A DNA stretch of 64,000 nucleotides from Antedon mediterranea. Lineage: Eukaryota > Animalia > Echinodermata. A model generated the notes under the pieces. That model was not told the origin of the DNA and did not search any database. It saw only the letters and a list, made by a program, of their open reading frames with translations. Positions 12,401 to 27,500 of this stretch are shown in pieces. Position 1 is the first letter of the stretch, and each line of letters starts with the position of its first letter. The position numbers and the translations under genes were made by a program. The stretch lies in contig NC_092679.1 of assembly GCF_964355755.1 (NCBI RefSeq), positions 18,149,432-18,213,431 on the forward strand, in the 5' to 3' direction.

Positions 12401-15400
12401 GTTTTTTCTTTTGCCTTTACAAATTACATTAATATACATTTTCTATATACATTTAATGGGGAAATTGTTTTATGCTTGCTTGGAAGTAAGACCCACCACA
12501 AATTAGGAATAAGATTTAACTTCTCCAGTAAAGTGAAGTAGGCCACCGGCCTGGCCATCTGTAATTATATAATACGACCTTGAAGGCTTGTTGGTTTTCT
12601 ATGTTTACCGAACAATTTCAATATTTTAGTTTCGTTTCAATAGAATTTTCTAAAGAGTTTTTAAGCCGTCAATTCAGCAACTTTTTTGTATTCTGTTCCC
12701 GTGCTGTGGTTTTACAATATTGTGTTATGCGTAGGATAACTTAGTTGTTAATCCCCAGCCATAAAAGAATACGCTTTTATTTAAAGTCTTTTAAGCAAAA
12801 TCAATCACTCGTGACCGGAGAGCATAATAACAAGGTAGCTCTATTCAAAACCAGCACATTTCAATTCATGAATAACAATAGACGAGAGTTTTCCACCAAA
12901 ACGAAATGGAATAGTCATTAGAATTGCAAAGTAGCTCCACACAACAGTGAAAGACTTTAATTATTCTGCAGAAAAGGCCACAGAGGAGTGTACCTTAGCA
13001 CGAAATAGGCAGATAACTAACTAACATCGATGGATTCTGTTTCACTACAGGGCTAAGTTGCAGTCGTTGTTCACTAGGAATTTATACTTTATTTAATTTG
13101 AATGGTAATCAACTAAAGATTAATCTCTGTGTCTGTTTTTTTAAAATACAAGGTAAGACTTGTTTTTCATCTTCTTTCGATAATGCATTTAGATGTTCTA
13201 GTTGTTGCGTCATCAGCATTTCTCCAGGACAGCGATTTTGTGTTTTGTGCTGCAATCTGTATTGAAACGCTCGCGCTTACTTTGAACATGGAGAACATAA
13301 ATAGTAAACAAATTCCCAACATAACATTTAAATACATTGCACACAGTTCGTAGTATATTTAATTAGTCCTCAGATTTTATTTAGTCACACGTATGGAAGG
13401 CAATCGCCGCCAAAAATACACGTATATTTTTTTGGCATTTCAAGCATTGGCCTTTTTAGTATCGTTTGTATATCACTGTTTGCATTGTGTACCAGGTCGG
13501 TACATATTTACTTATAATGTACTTTCTGGATTTTAAACAATATGATGGATGTGGTTTTACTATTGACCTATAAATTATAGGTTCATGGTTTTTTACCAAC
13601 CTAAATCAGGTACGTTTTCTTTCATGTAAAAAGTAAATGTTGTGCACTGTACACGAATGACACGCCTATTCGTGTAACCGCACCTTTATATTGTCCAAAC
13701 TCCCGGTATGTGCTTACTTTTTAAAAGTATTGTTTACCAGACGTGTAATAATTTTGTTGATTTTAGATCTACTGTTAATTATAATAAATTGGATATCAAT
13801 TTGTATACAACTGAATTAGAAAATCAGACAATAAAAGCTAGTAAGATTTGTGGTAGATTTAAGAGGCCTGGCGCCAATAACGAGCGTCCCAGTGTGTTTT
13901 GACAACACTTGTTTTCTAATTATGCACAATTGTTAATTGATCTGATGCAGCCTTTTAGGGTGCAAGAAACTCATTTTACTTGCCTATTGTTATTTTTTCG
14001 TAATTCGTTATGGTCCAATGAACACAAGGCATTTTTTAAAGAGTGATGCAACCCGTGAACAAATCCCTTAGGCTATTGTTAGAAAAAGAAATGGTTTTGT
14101 GAATACCTGTATATGGTGGCGTTTTTTTTAATACACATTTTGTTAATCCAGTGTCTTAAATTATAGATATTCCTAACTAACAATAAATATAGTGAGGGTA
14201 CTAGTATTACATGATAATTAATACAAAGATGTGATGTGCGATAAATTACACTTCACATACTGTACTGAATTTTATCAATATTGATAAACGATTTCACTTT
14301 TAGGTGGTCTAATTATACAACACCCTAAATTTGAACACGTCTAATTTTTAGCGTTTTGCACGGGCCGAGGTCAACCCCACAAAAACCTTGCAGTTATACA
14401 TGAAATCGTAATACCGTGTTATACCGTAGTTCATAATCCTAAGTTGTACAATATACTTGCATGCATTATGAATTAATATGAGTTTATATTAAGGATTTTA
14501 ATAAAGGATGATTTTATAAACACAGCCTTATACGGGTTTCCCTTTGCATATTTTTACTAATTACAGTAACTAATTATTATTTTGTGACGTACCAGTATAT
14601 GAATATGAAATTTCCAAAAGAACAAAGAATTTTCTAGAGCTTATGCAGTTGGTCCTACTACTATTGTTACGTCATGGGCAGTAATTATTTACACGGGGGA
14701 AGATGTTGGCTATCCACCAAAATTAGTTGTAAGTTCTCATGAAACCAAGTATTTTCTCGGGTAAATAACCAATAATAATATAAGGGTATATAGCAGGACA
14801 CACACTATGACTGTTGCAATTATTATGTTCTTACAGTTAACATATCAATGAAATGCGGTTGTGTAATTAATATGTCTGTACAGTAACACAATTATAGAGG
14901 AAGTAAATATTGACAACCTATCATATTTCTGTTGTGACAAAGTAATAGTCCTTGGTGGTATTTCTTTTACTGTACTGTATAATATTTTTTGATATTTTAT
15001 TGTGATTTTCTATATTGACTGTTTTCTGCATGTACGTATATTGTTATTATCTCTGCAGTGTATATAAGAGGAATTTCTAATGTATTTTTATATTGGACCA
15101 AATAAAGAATAATAATACTGTAATTAGTATTATTGTATTATTTTGATTAATGATTCCATTATTCCCAGATTGTCAGGGAGGAAGTAAATAAAATATTTCA
15201 TTACCAAATTGTTCAACGGTGAACTATCCATGCCCATGCTGTAACCCAATATCATATTTGTTTTTAATTTATTCAAATATAGGTATGTAACTTGTTAAAC
15301 ACAATTCCGTTTGATGTACCGCGAAATAGGAGCCAATACTGGCCAATAAAGCGAACGAAATCTATGAGCGTCCCATGTGAATCCATCAATTGCTACTTTG

Positions 15401-17830
15401 GGAGTTACGTTATGCCCCGTGTAAAAGCACCATTGATTATGATGAATGAAGCTAGCCACTTATACAAATATTATATATTCTCTTTCTTGCTCATCGGTTT
15501 ATTACCGGTCATATAAATATAGGCCAGTGAACGAGTCAACCTCGAAGGCTTCACTCGACACATTATATTTAAATCTTTAATTAAATAACATGATTGCTCG
15601 GTTTGAGAATAATTTATGTTACAAGAACAATAATTCTATGAAAACCACGCACAACAACGCTCTACTATATCGTTTATTGAATCCCAATAACTCGGAGATC
15701 ACAATTATAACTTTGAATGATCTAGACGTAATTGTATTATAATTTACAATTGTACTATTTGCTACAGGCATAAATTACATTGAAATCGATAGAACTCAGT
15801 TTTTATTTATTGCGTATTGCGCTTTTTTGTGACTAGCTGTTTTGTTGAAATTCCATATTTAAAAGAGAAATTTTGTATTGCACCTTAGAGAATATTCGGG
15901 TCACGGCAAATAACCTATTTTAAAATGTGTAATATAAGCTGTATACAGCTGATTTAATTGGCGATGGTGTTTTACAGAAAACTTTTAACTAAAAAGAAAA
16001 GATAACATTAATATTTACTAGAGACCACCGTATGTGAAATTCTAATAAAAGTTTGATGAGATTTGTGATATGGTCGAACCTGGTCGATGGATCCACCCTT
16101 AGGCTAACCTTGATCTACATAGCAATGCATTGCACTTTGAAGGATACAATTGGAAACCATGCGCAAATAAAAAACGGCGTCCCTAGAATTATCGGAGGCC
16201 TATTGTACCTTTGGGGATTTTACCACAATCTCTGTTTGGCTATTGCAAAGCTATTAACAATCGATCTGTTTCAAGGTAAAACTATAATTTTAGGAAAATA
16301 ATTTTTAACATAATTATTACAATACAACAACGTAGTTGTTTATTGTTTCAGTAGATATTACATGTTGCAAGTCATAAAGAAAGAATTAGGCAAATTTCAA
16401 ACATTGTTTTAAAATGTCGCAAAGCATTTATAAATTTAATATCGTACAGTGGCTACACAACTAAATGCGATTAGTGTAATAATAATAAAATCATACATAG
16501 TATTAAAATTGCTCCAATTGATCCAATTTCTACTGTAGGCCTATAATCAGCACATTTTTGTGATAGTAATGAGAATTCATTTTCCCTTTGAACATCAACT
16601 TTGCATCTCTAACTATTCTTGCAAAGTTAAAGCAAATTTAATTTAGGTCCTTGGTTTTTACATTAGATTTTACCATTTTGAGTGAAATAACATTTGCTGG
16701 ATTCTTTGAAAAGAAGGTTTAGCTAGTTACATATACAGTGTATTTGAACAACACTTTAAATGTTTGGTAAAAATCTTACAGCAATGCAAATATTAGCTAT
16801 TGAATTGTACTTTAAAAAAACAACCTTGATAAAATTGTTGTAGACTGGATCCGATTATTTTTGCAAGTGTTCAGGTTGTTGTTGACGGATAACATACACA
16901 CCAAGGTCGCATGTAGCATAACTTTGGTATGTGGACGTACGCCGCATCCCCGGGGTGGCTTATCTGGATTTAATGGTCAACCAGCATTGCGGATATAATA
17001 TAAAAGCAAACTTCTACATTTTTTGCATGTTTTCCCCCGCTAATTTTCTGTTTTAATATATCAAGAAAGTTTAGTAACTTTGTAATTTCTTTTCACTTGG
17101 CCAATGATATAAAAACGGGGAGGAATGTCGCCATTTAGTTCTCTTTTGTTCTCTTTTGTTTTGAGGAGTTGAAGAAACTTTATATTAAAAGGCAACCATT
17201 TTCGTCTTTGATAGATTTTGAAAAATTCCTTTTGGTAACAACTTTCGATATGTAATGTGGATAACAATGCAATTGTAGCCTAACTAACTACCCATTTTCA
17301 TCGTGGAATTTAAATTGCCAATGACCCTATTTTAACAATTGTTGCGGGTTATTGTTTTGTCTTACGAATAGTAAGCTAGTGCCAAGCTTGTGATTTTGAA
17401 GAAAGCAATTACCAATGGAATGTGTCAGTACTACGCGTGGGCTATGGAATGCTTTTGGGTGTGATAGTTCTGCGCATGATCCAGCTTTCTGAGGAGTTGG
17501 AATGTGCATTCGCTTAAATTATAGTACGCCCAGTTTGTAGTAGGCAGAAAGTAGAGGTTAGATCAAGCACCGCGGGATACTTTCAATGAAAAAATGGAAT
17601 AACTAGTTCGTGTGAAACATTACGTCGGAACATTTTATAATAAGAAATACTCCCGATAGATAGGTAAGAGTAGAATTTATTGTAGTTTAAAGTTTAACAA
17701 CGAAAGTTTCAGAATATATTATGCGATGGCTGTAGATTCCACCAAGAAGGAGGCGAGGCCTTAATAACTAACTTAACAGCATCGCTGGCCGACCACACTG
17801 ATAGAAGGGGGTGTGTCTTACTTCTTAAAT

Positions 17831-17868
17831 GAAACTACATGGAGTAAAGTGTTACTCCATGGAAACTA
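17831..17868. mobile_element. 24-bp hairpin with 7-bp TSD (P-like excision footprint or micro-MITE)
   Basis: GAAACTA-catggagtaaagtgttactccatg-GAAACTA. Confidence 0.7.
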
Positions 17869-20727
17869 GCACAATTTCATTTATTTCTAAGAACTTTCTT
17901 GATAATTATTATTACTTGAACCCGTTTTATATGTATTAAGATTTTATATATTACTAGTGTTAAAGTTTACAAGCAAGTTTGCTACATCCACAGAGATGCG
18001 TGAAACTAGGCCTAGTACTAGTAGAAGTAAGCCTATTGTAAATCATGAAAGCCATTGCTACTGTTGTTACCACATGTTAAAATTGGTACAACACACATCC
18101 CTGGGACAGTCTTTAGGAATCTTATAAATAATAGTGTTCAGAACACTAATGATGTTTTATGATTTAATTCCAGAAATACAGGTATATATTGCACTAAGAA
18201 TTCTTAAGATACATAGGCCCAGACATTTGAATTTGGTACCCACTGGTTGGGTCTCCAATAATGTGGGGGCTCCCTTCTAATTTAGTAATTAACATAAGCT
18301 GCAATCCAGTAGGCTAACTTTTGTTTCACTTGTCTTTGCACATTAAATACATTTCTAATGTATTTTAAATGACTGTATGTCACAATATTTAGAGTAGATC
18401 TTTACTTCAAGTGGGTTATTTTGGAAGAAAAAAACATTAATTAAGAATTATATATATTTTCCCCTTAAATTTGCCATTTTAATGTTGCATGATAGTATAA
18501 TTAAATTTGACCCAAAAATAGTTTTAAAGAAATTTTACCTAAAAAAAATTGTCAAAAGTAAACTTTTCTTGAAAAGCTCAGACTATGCAAATATTGTAGT
18601 CATCAACGCTTTTAATTTAAACAATTTGTACAGTATTCTAGATGCTTTCCAGACGGCTAAAATATGTCGGGGAAACTGTACTGTAAGTAGTAAAGCCTAA
18701 ATAATAAAATTATACCTAAGGCCATGAGATGTATTTTCCTGTATTCAAAATACAGTAATCTGGAAAAATTGTCCTTTTAGCCGGGATGAGGGCTCGAAAT
18801 ATTGGGAAACTCCAGTAGTACATATTATTAATATACTGTAATTATCAGCAGTGTTTAGTAGGAACATGATCTAGGGCTACAGGTAGTAACGTCTTGGGTC
18901 ATGCTTCATTTACTATATAATTTGTTTTTGACTGAACACCTCCCCCACCCAACCCCTCTAAAAAATAGCCTATTTGTAAGTTCTGTACAGCAGAGATTAA
19001 TGACTGATGACCGTCAATTTGTGTTTTTGTGTGATGAAATTAATTAACAGTTACTTGGTATTAAGTTTTTTGTAATGAAGTCCTGTATGTAACCATTTTA
19101 CACCAATGCCTCACTTTGGATGCTCCCATTTTTTTTAACACTAAACAGCAACTATTTTGTTTGATTATTTACTTGATATTAACATTATATTTTAGTACTT
19201 CCATGTTTGAAAAATCCTGGATCTTCCCCTGCTCTACCAATCAATTTAGTGTAGTAAATTTATATCTGTGATAAAAAGGAGTAATTGGTGTTATGAGAGG
19301 GTGTTTGATCACACCTAAACGTGTATCCATACAAAGCTAGTTTGCTAATTTTTTTGCACTGAATCAATAATCCATTACCTTTCCTTTTCAAAGTCATCAA
19401 CGTGTAAAGGATTGATCTCATGCAGTGTAATTCAACCATAAAAATATGAATATTTTAGTTGTGATTGAATTGTCTCGGATTGAAAATAAATTGTATCTAT
19501 AGCAGGGTTGTAGTTTAAGGCACTTTAGGTGCAAATACATGTAAGTAAAGGAGAGTGGTATGGTAAGAGTACTGTACATGCTGTACAGTAGTTCTGATGC
19601 TTCTGGGTACTACAGTATAGTATTTGATAAAACTCGGAAATTTAGGTTGCATTACCACATTTAAGATGAGTACAGTACCCTACTTCAATACCCTACTTAG
19701 ATAACCATCTAATTAAAAAAAATGCATAATTATTACAGTACAGCTTACAATATTATTCTTTCACCAATTTTTAAATAAATGAATTTTGCACCATATTTTG
19801 TTGATAAACTGACTTTTTTTACAATTTCTACACAGGGAGATAATGATAACATGCTGAAATCAATCTGTTTATTTTAGAATGATGTTTTTTCTGGTGTGTC
19901 TGTCAATCATTCAAGCAATATGATGCATTTATTATAGACTAGTCATACAGTATTAATAATAGTAAATTGTTTTCAGAATAAATCAATTAAATTGTTATTA
20001 AATGAGGAGATGTTGTAAATGAAGATGCTAAAACCATTCGGTCATGTCAAATATTTAGCAATTAATAACCAATGACAAATTGTTCTAACCATGTTTTTTT
20101 TTTCCAAACTTATAAGTTAATAACATTTTACATAGTTTAAATATAGTACAGTCGTACTGTCAATGCCTCAGCAAACATACAGTATTGATTTTAAATCTAT
20201 TATGAATATTTGTTTAGTAGTGCATTGACTTAAATAGTAAATAGTTGGTGATAATTTAGACATGTACACTTTACACATATGTTGTAATTGGAGTTTCAAG
20301 TGCCATCTCATAGTTGAAATAATACAGAGTAGGTCATGCACAAATAATAGTAGATCTACAGGTTCAGTACTAATAATAAGCAGTATGCACCACTTATAAT
20401 GCCTATCAATATTTAGGTTCCTACTTTTCTTTTGGAATAGTATTTCTATTGCACAGATAGGTTGTAAGCGATTTGCATGGCTTAACATTTTTGATTTTTG
20501 GCCAATGAGCTTCTGGTTGACTATTTTAAAAATTTAAATAAATATTTTTTTTGGATCCAATTTTTGGTCAAAGTGAATAAATTTGCGCACGCGACTGCAG
20601 CCATGTATAAGATGATTTTCCAATGGATTCAAATCAAATCATTAAATAGTTTACATTATAATAATGTGAATATTTTGTATTTTTTACAGAAATCTAAACA
20701 TTGGCTGGAGGTTAACAGACTATCGAC

Positions 20728-23700
20728 ATGTCTTTTAGCGTGTCAATAGGAGGTGACGGAGGAGGTTTTGGCCTTGGTGGTGGAGTTGACTTAAATCTTG
20801 GAGCTGATGTTTCTGCAGATGCAAAAGTAGATGCTGGAGCAGCTATTGTATCTGATGTGAAAGGAGATGCTGGAGCCAATGTTGGAGCTGATCTTAATGC
20901 TGGAGCTGGATTAGCAACTGACATCAATACTGATCAAAAAGCTGGAGTTGATATTGATGCAGATAAAATAGCTGGAGTTGACATAAATACAGACAATAAA
21001 GTTGACACCAATGCTGGAGAAATTAATCTTGATAATACCTTGAATGCTGGAGTAAATACTAATGTATCAAATGGAATTAAAAATGCTGCTGATTTAGAAA
21101 CATCTGCTGGAGCTGATGTTAATGTTGGACTTAATGCTAGTTCAAATGCTGATACAATGTTAGAAGGATCATTGCCATCTAAAACAATTAATGGAGAATA
21201 TGAAGCTGATCTTCCGGATGTATCTGCTTCAACAGAACTTAATGCTGGAGCTGAAGTTGAAGCAGCAGCTAGTACTAAACAACACAAACATCATAAGAAA
21301 GGATTCGGATTTGGTCCGTTTAAATTTGGATTTGGAAAAGACAATTCATCTTCATCTTCTTCCTCGTCATCTTCATCCTCATCCTCATCTGATGAAGATT
21401 CAAGAAAAGTGGAGGGTGGTTTTGACGGAACGGTAAATGGAAAGAAGAGTGCTAAAAGGAAAAAGAGGCGCAGTGGCGGATTTGGTGGAAGATTTAAATT
21501 GGGTAAATCGGATTCTGATAAGCATCACAGAGAAGAGTCAGACGTAAAAGTTGCAGCAACAGCAGATGCAGGAGGATCTTCTAAACTTCCGGAGGGTGAA
21601 GCAGGAATAAATCTAAAAGCTGATGTTAAAAAACCAAAACATAAAAAGAAAAAGAAAAGTGGTTTTCGGTTTTCTCTTGGAGGCAAGAAAAAATTAGAGG
21701 ACTCTCTATCCTCATCGGATGAAGATGAAGATAAAAGTAAAAATCAAAGTGGAATAGGTATTAAGTTTCCAAAAATTGATACTCCAGATATGGACATTTC
21801 ACATGATACTGAAGCAAATGTAAAAACCGGTAAGCCTAGTGTTGGTGGAGCTATTGGAATTGGTGGTGAAGTTCCGTCCACAGACATTGGTATTAGTGGA
21901 CCTAAAATAGATAGTGGTGCTGATATTAATGCAAGAGTTGGCAAAGTTAACCTTCCATCTGGTGATTTAGATGTTAAAGGTCCAAATGTTGGAGGGAATA
22001 TTGAAGGTGGTGTTGGAATAGGTGCAGATATCAAGGGTAGTATTCCTTCAGGTGATATAGATGTTAAAGGACCTGAAACTGATATTTCAACGCCAAACCT
22101 CAACATTGGTTGTGATTCTGATATTGGAGGAAAAATAGATGTACCAAGTGGTGATGTAGGTATTACAGGACCTGGTCTTGGATTTGGAGGTGGTGCTGGA
22201 ATTGATTTTGGCACTAAAGGGTCATCAGCCGACATTGACATTAAAAAGCCTGAAATTGGTGGCAGTGGTATTGGAGATTTAAATGTTGATGTTCCTTCAG
22301 GCGATCTTGAAGTTAAAGGACCTTCTGGTGGTATTGATCTTGGTGGGAATATTGGAGGTGATATTCCTTCAGTAGACACTAAAGGACCTAGTTTCGGTAT
22401 TGGAGGTAGTGCAGCAGTTGTTGGAGATTTAAAAGGTGATATGCCCTCTGCTGATCTTAATACAGATACACCTAATTTAGGAATTGGAGGAGGTGTAAAA
22501 GGTGATATTCCTTCAGCTGATCTAAACATTAAAGGACCTGGCATAGGAAGTGGAATTGGTGGAAACATGGATGTTGATGTGCCAACTGTTAACCTTCCAT
22601 CTAAAGGTGGAATTGGTGGTGATCTTAAAGGCCCTAGTGTTGATGTTGGGGGTAATTCAGGAATTGGTATTGGTGGTGATATCCCTTCAGCTGATGCTTC
22701 AGTTAATATTGGTGGACCCAGCATTAATATTGGAGGAGATGTTGAGAAACCTGAAGTTGGAGGAGATATAGATGTTGATGTACCAACTGTTAGTGGAGAC
22801 ATTGATGTTAAATCACCAAAAGGAAAGAAAATTAAAAAACCTAAAATCTTATCATTCAAGAAAGAAAAGAAACCAAAGATAAAAGCTGATGTTGATGCTT
22901 CTACTGAAGTAGATGGGAAAAAGCACAAAGGTGGATTTGGACTGCACTTTCCTAAGTTTGGTTTTGGCGGAAAGGGTAGCTATGACACCAATACAGATGT
23001 GGGTGCTAATGCTGATGTAGAGGTTACAGGTATTAAAGATATTAGTAGTCCAAAAGCAGGAATAGAAGGTGATGTCAGTCTTGTTGCACCAAAAGTAGAT
23101 GCCGATGTTAAAGTTGCCAAACCTGATGTCGATGTTAATGTTGCTACACCTGATCCCAATGTTAACATTGGTAAACCTGATGTCAATATTAACGGTGGTA
23201 AACCTGATGTTGATGTTAACATTCCTAAACCTGATGTTGATGTTAACATTCCTAAACCTGATATTGACGTTGATGCACCTGATGCTGATTTGTCTTTCGG
23301 TGCAAGTGGAGATGTTGATCTTCCAAAAGCTAATCTTGATGTTTCAGATGTAGACCTGGATTTAAATGCTAAGACAAAAACTCCAAAGAAGAAAGGAACT
23401 TTAAATTTGTCATTCAGAAAAAAGAAACACAAACCTGAAGGATCTGCCACTCTTGAAGGTGATGTAGAGGGCCCAAAAGCAAAAATGCCTAAAATAAATA
23501 TTCCATGTCTTTCACCTAGTGGGAAAGCTACTGTAGATGCAGATACATCTGCGTATGGTGCTAAAGTTGATGTGCCCAAAGCTGATGCGGATATAGATGT
23601 AGGAGTAGATGCTAACGTTGATGCAAAAGTTAAAACTAAGAAACCCAAGAAAAGTGGATCATTTGGAATTAAGATGCCTAAATTTAGTGGAAAAAGTCCT

Positions 23701-23833
23701 GAAGCAAAAATGGATGTTGGTGTTAAAGGAGAGATCGATGTTGACTTACCAAAAGGTGATTTAGATGTTGGTGGAAGTGCTGAGTTCAATGCACCAAGTG
23801 TCCGAGGAGGAGCTGGAATTAATTTGCCAGAAG
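20728..23833 (+). CDS. AHNAK/periaxin-like giant repetitive protein, first coding exon
   Basis: Acceptor tttttacag| at 20689, in-frame TAA at 20713-20715, then ATG 20728. Donor GAAG|GTAAGT after 23833 (phase 1). G/D/V/K/P-rich 'DLDVKGP', 'KMPKF', 'KFPK' motifs resemble AHNAK repeats. No PDZ domain seen, so orthology is unproven. Confidence 0.85.
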
Positions 23834-23861
23834 GTAAGTTTGATATTTTTATCTGCATTAG

Positions 23862-24069
23862 CAGGCCTTGTCTTTTGAAAATTTTCGGTGTTCTACAAAT
23901 TCTACTCAATTTATTCAGGAATGCTGTAGGTGTGCTGTTTGTATTTTGGTTTGTGGAAGTTTACCAAATTTAAGCGTGTTGTAAATCGCACTCCTCAAGG
24001 GCAGTTTAGAAGTGTGTTACAGTAGGTGAGTGAGTGATCGCACTCACTCGCCTTAAAAGACCAGGCCTG
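23862..24069. mobile_element. Intronic MITE with CAGG termini and 6-bp CATTAG duplication
   Basis: caggccttgtctttt / aaaagaccaggcctg, with CATTAG at 23856-23861 and 24070-24075. Confidence 0.65.
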
Positions 24070-24592
24070 CATTAGGAAAGAGTTTAAAGATTGGATTACA
24101 CTGTACATTTTATTATTATCAATCCCTATTTATAGGCCTATCACATTGGTATTAAAAAGTATAGTATATTATTACACATGGCCAATACCATGTTGTAAAG
24201 GAAATTGATGCTTATTAACTAATAACCTATATACTATTGATTGAATTGTTTATTGTTTCAAACAAGGTTTAGCAATATGCCCTTTATGTTAAAAATGTTA
24301 GTTAGTTGTTGGTATATCAATACTTCTCTATGCACTCCATTATATTGGGAATAAATGATACACTAAATAAAATTCAAATCAAATCCTAATTTTATACAGA
24401 AGGGGTAAAAAATGTGGGGTAAAATGCATTAGTTTTTGGTTAAAAATAGTAATTGATTTTGTTTTGATTGACATATGAAGTGACTATACTACATGATTCA
24501 ATCACTTATAATTTAAATAATTCCCTATTCAATTATTTGTTGTCAGTGTGGTAACTCTGTTTGTATTCATTGATATGCTTACATTTTCTTAG

Positions 24593-27500
24593 GAGATGCC
24601 CCTAAAAGTGACATAGATGTTGGTGTAGGAGGTGTTGCCATATCCGGAGATGTTGATATCAAGACACCAGATATTGATGTAAAAACACCAGATGCTGATA
24701 TTGACGTAAAAGCAGATGTCGATGTAAAGAAACCGAAAGGAGGATTTGGAGTTAAATTACCTAAAATTAAAGGTTCTGCAAAAACACCAAAGGTGAAAGG
24801 AGATGCCAAATTAAAAGGGGAAATAGATGGTCCCAGTGTTAATGTAGATGCACCAAAAGTTGATGATCCAAAGCTTGATATTGATGCCTCTGGTGGATTT
24901 GATGTTGACGGCAGTCCAAAAAAGAAAAAAGGATTTGGATTTGGAATAAAATTTCCTAGTTTTAATTTTGGATCTCCAAAAGGGTCTGCAGGAATTGACG
25001 TTGATGCACCAAATGTTGAAGCAAGTGGTGGAGCAGATATTGATGTGAAATCACCAGATGTTGACATTGATGTTAAAACTAAGAAACCTGATGTGTCTGT
25101 TGGAGGAGGAGCAGATGTTGATTTAGTTTCTCCAGGAGTGGACATAGATGTGAAAAGCCCATCAACAGATTTAGATGTCTCTGGACCTGAACTTGGTGGA
25201 GGATTGAAACTTGAAGGTGATGTAGATGTACCCTCTGCTGATCTAGATATAAAGGCTAAAAAACCAGATGTGGATGTTAACATTCCAAAAGCAGAAGCAG
25301 AAATTAAAAAGCCAAAGGTTAAAGGCGGTTTTGGTTTTGGATTTGGTGGTAAGAAAAATCATGATGACAGCTCTTCAGATTCTGATGAGGAAAAGAAGAA
25401 AAAGAGAAAATCATTTGGATTTAAATTTCCTAAATTTTCTGGAAAATCACCCAAAGGAGGAGTTAAAGGTGATATTGGTGTAGATGCTAAATTGCCATCG
25501 GGAGGAATTGACATTGATGGTGGAGGAAAGTTGCCAGCTGGAGGAATTGACGTTGATGCTGGAGGAAAATTGCCATCGGGAGGAATTGACATTGATGCTG
25601 GAGGAAAGTTGCCATCTGGAGATATTGACATTGATGCTGGAAGAAAATTGCCATCTGGAGAAATTGACATTGATGCAGGAGGAAAATTGCCATCTGGTGG
25701 AATCGGGTTTGGAGGTAGTGTTCCATCTGGAGGAATTGATATTGATGCCGGAGGAAAATTGCCATCTGGAGAAATTGATATTGATGCTGGAGGAAAATTG
25801 CCATCTGGGGAAATTGACATTGATGCAGGAGGAAAATTGCCATCTGGTGGAATCGAGTTTGGAGGTAGCGTTCCATCTGGAGGAATTGACATTGATGCAG
25901 GAGGAAAGTTGCCATCTGGAGAAATTGACATTGATGCAGGAGGGAAATTGCCATCTGGAGATATTGAAGTTGGAGGTGACGTACCATCTGGAGGAATTGA
26001 CATTGATGCAGGAGGAAAATTGCCTTCTGGTGGAATTGATATTGGTGCAGGAGGAAAATTGCCATCTGGAGGAGTTGGACTGGAAATAGATAGTGGTTTA
26101 CCAAAAGGAGGTCTAGGTGTTGGTGTTGTTGCACCTGCTGTTGATGTCAAAACAACCAAGCCTGATATATCTGTTGAAGGTGATGTCAGTGCTCCTAAAC
26201 CTGATATTCCTGATGTAGGAGGAAACATTGGAGGTGATATTAACATTGGAAGTCCAGATGTCGATATCAAAGCTGGTGGTAAAGTACCAGATGTAGATTT
26301 AGATGCAGGTGTGAAAGTACCAAAACCAAAGGGTAAAGGAAGATTTGGATTTGGCTTTGGTGGGAAAAAAGATAAAGATCAGGATGATAATTCTTCTGAA
26401 TCGGAAGATGAGAAAAAGAAAAAACGAAGATCTTTTGGAATAAAATTGCCACATTTTTCTATCACTTCTCCAAAAGGTAAAGCCAAAGGTGATATTGATG
26501 TCGATGTAGGCGGAAAGATGCCATCTGCTGATTTATCTGGACCAGATGTAAAAGTTGGAGGTGATATTGTGGCACCAAAAATTGATGCTGATGTAAAAAC
26601 ATCAAAACCAGACATTTCAATCGGTACTGGTATTGATGTTCCCAAAGGAAATGTAAAAGCTGATCTTCCTGATGCAGATGCAAACCTAAGTGGTGACATC
26701 AAACTTGCTTCTCCAGATTTAGATCTAAAAGCTGGTGGAAATGTACCTGATGTAGATTTAAATGCAGATGTTAAGGTAAAGAAACCAAAAGCAAAAGGTG
26801 GTTTTGGATTTGGTGGAAAAAAAGATCAGAGTGACTCGGATTCCGATGATGAAAAGAAGAAGAAAAGATGGTCATTTGGCTTTAAATTTCCTAATTTCTC
26901 TTTCGGTTCTCCAAAGGGAAAAGTAAAAGGTGATTTAGATGCAGATATTGATGCTGATGTTGGAGGAAAATTGCCCTCTGCTGATTTAAATCTATCTGGA
27001 CCAGACGTGAATGTTGGTGGAAGTGGTGGGGCAGACATTGATGCTAAACTGCCAAAAGGAGAAATAAATGTTGATGCCAATGTGGTAGCTCCAAATGTAG
27101 ATGTTGATGTTAAAACTGCCAAACCAGATGTTTCTATTGGTGGTAGTGTTGATGCTGGAGGAAAAGTAGAAACTGACCTCCCAGATGTGGATGGAAAGTT
27201 AAGCGGGGATGTAAACATCGGTTCTCCAAATGTTGATATTGATGGGAAGGTGCCGGACGTTGATGCAAGTGTAAAAGTGAAGAAACCAAAAGCCAAAGGA
27301 GGGTTTGGATTCGGATTTGGGTTTGGCGGAAAGAAAGATCATGAACACAGTGACTCTGATTCAGATGATGATGACAAAAAGAAAAAACGTAGATCATTTG
27401 GAATAAAATTCCCTCATTTTTCAGGCAAATCACCAAAAGTTAAAGGTGATTTAAATGGAGATGTTGATGTTGGAGGAAAGCTACCATCTGGTGACATTGA

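Noticed and set aside
734-20488. Short 60-111 aa ORFs in the 5' 20 kb
   Set aside because: No domains, no codon bias, no consistent splice structure; expected by chance in AT-rich DNA.
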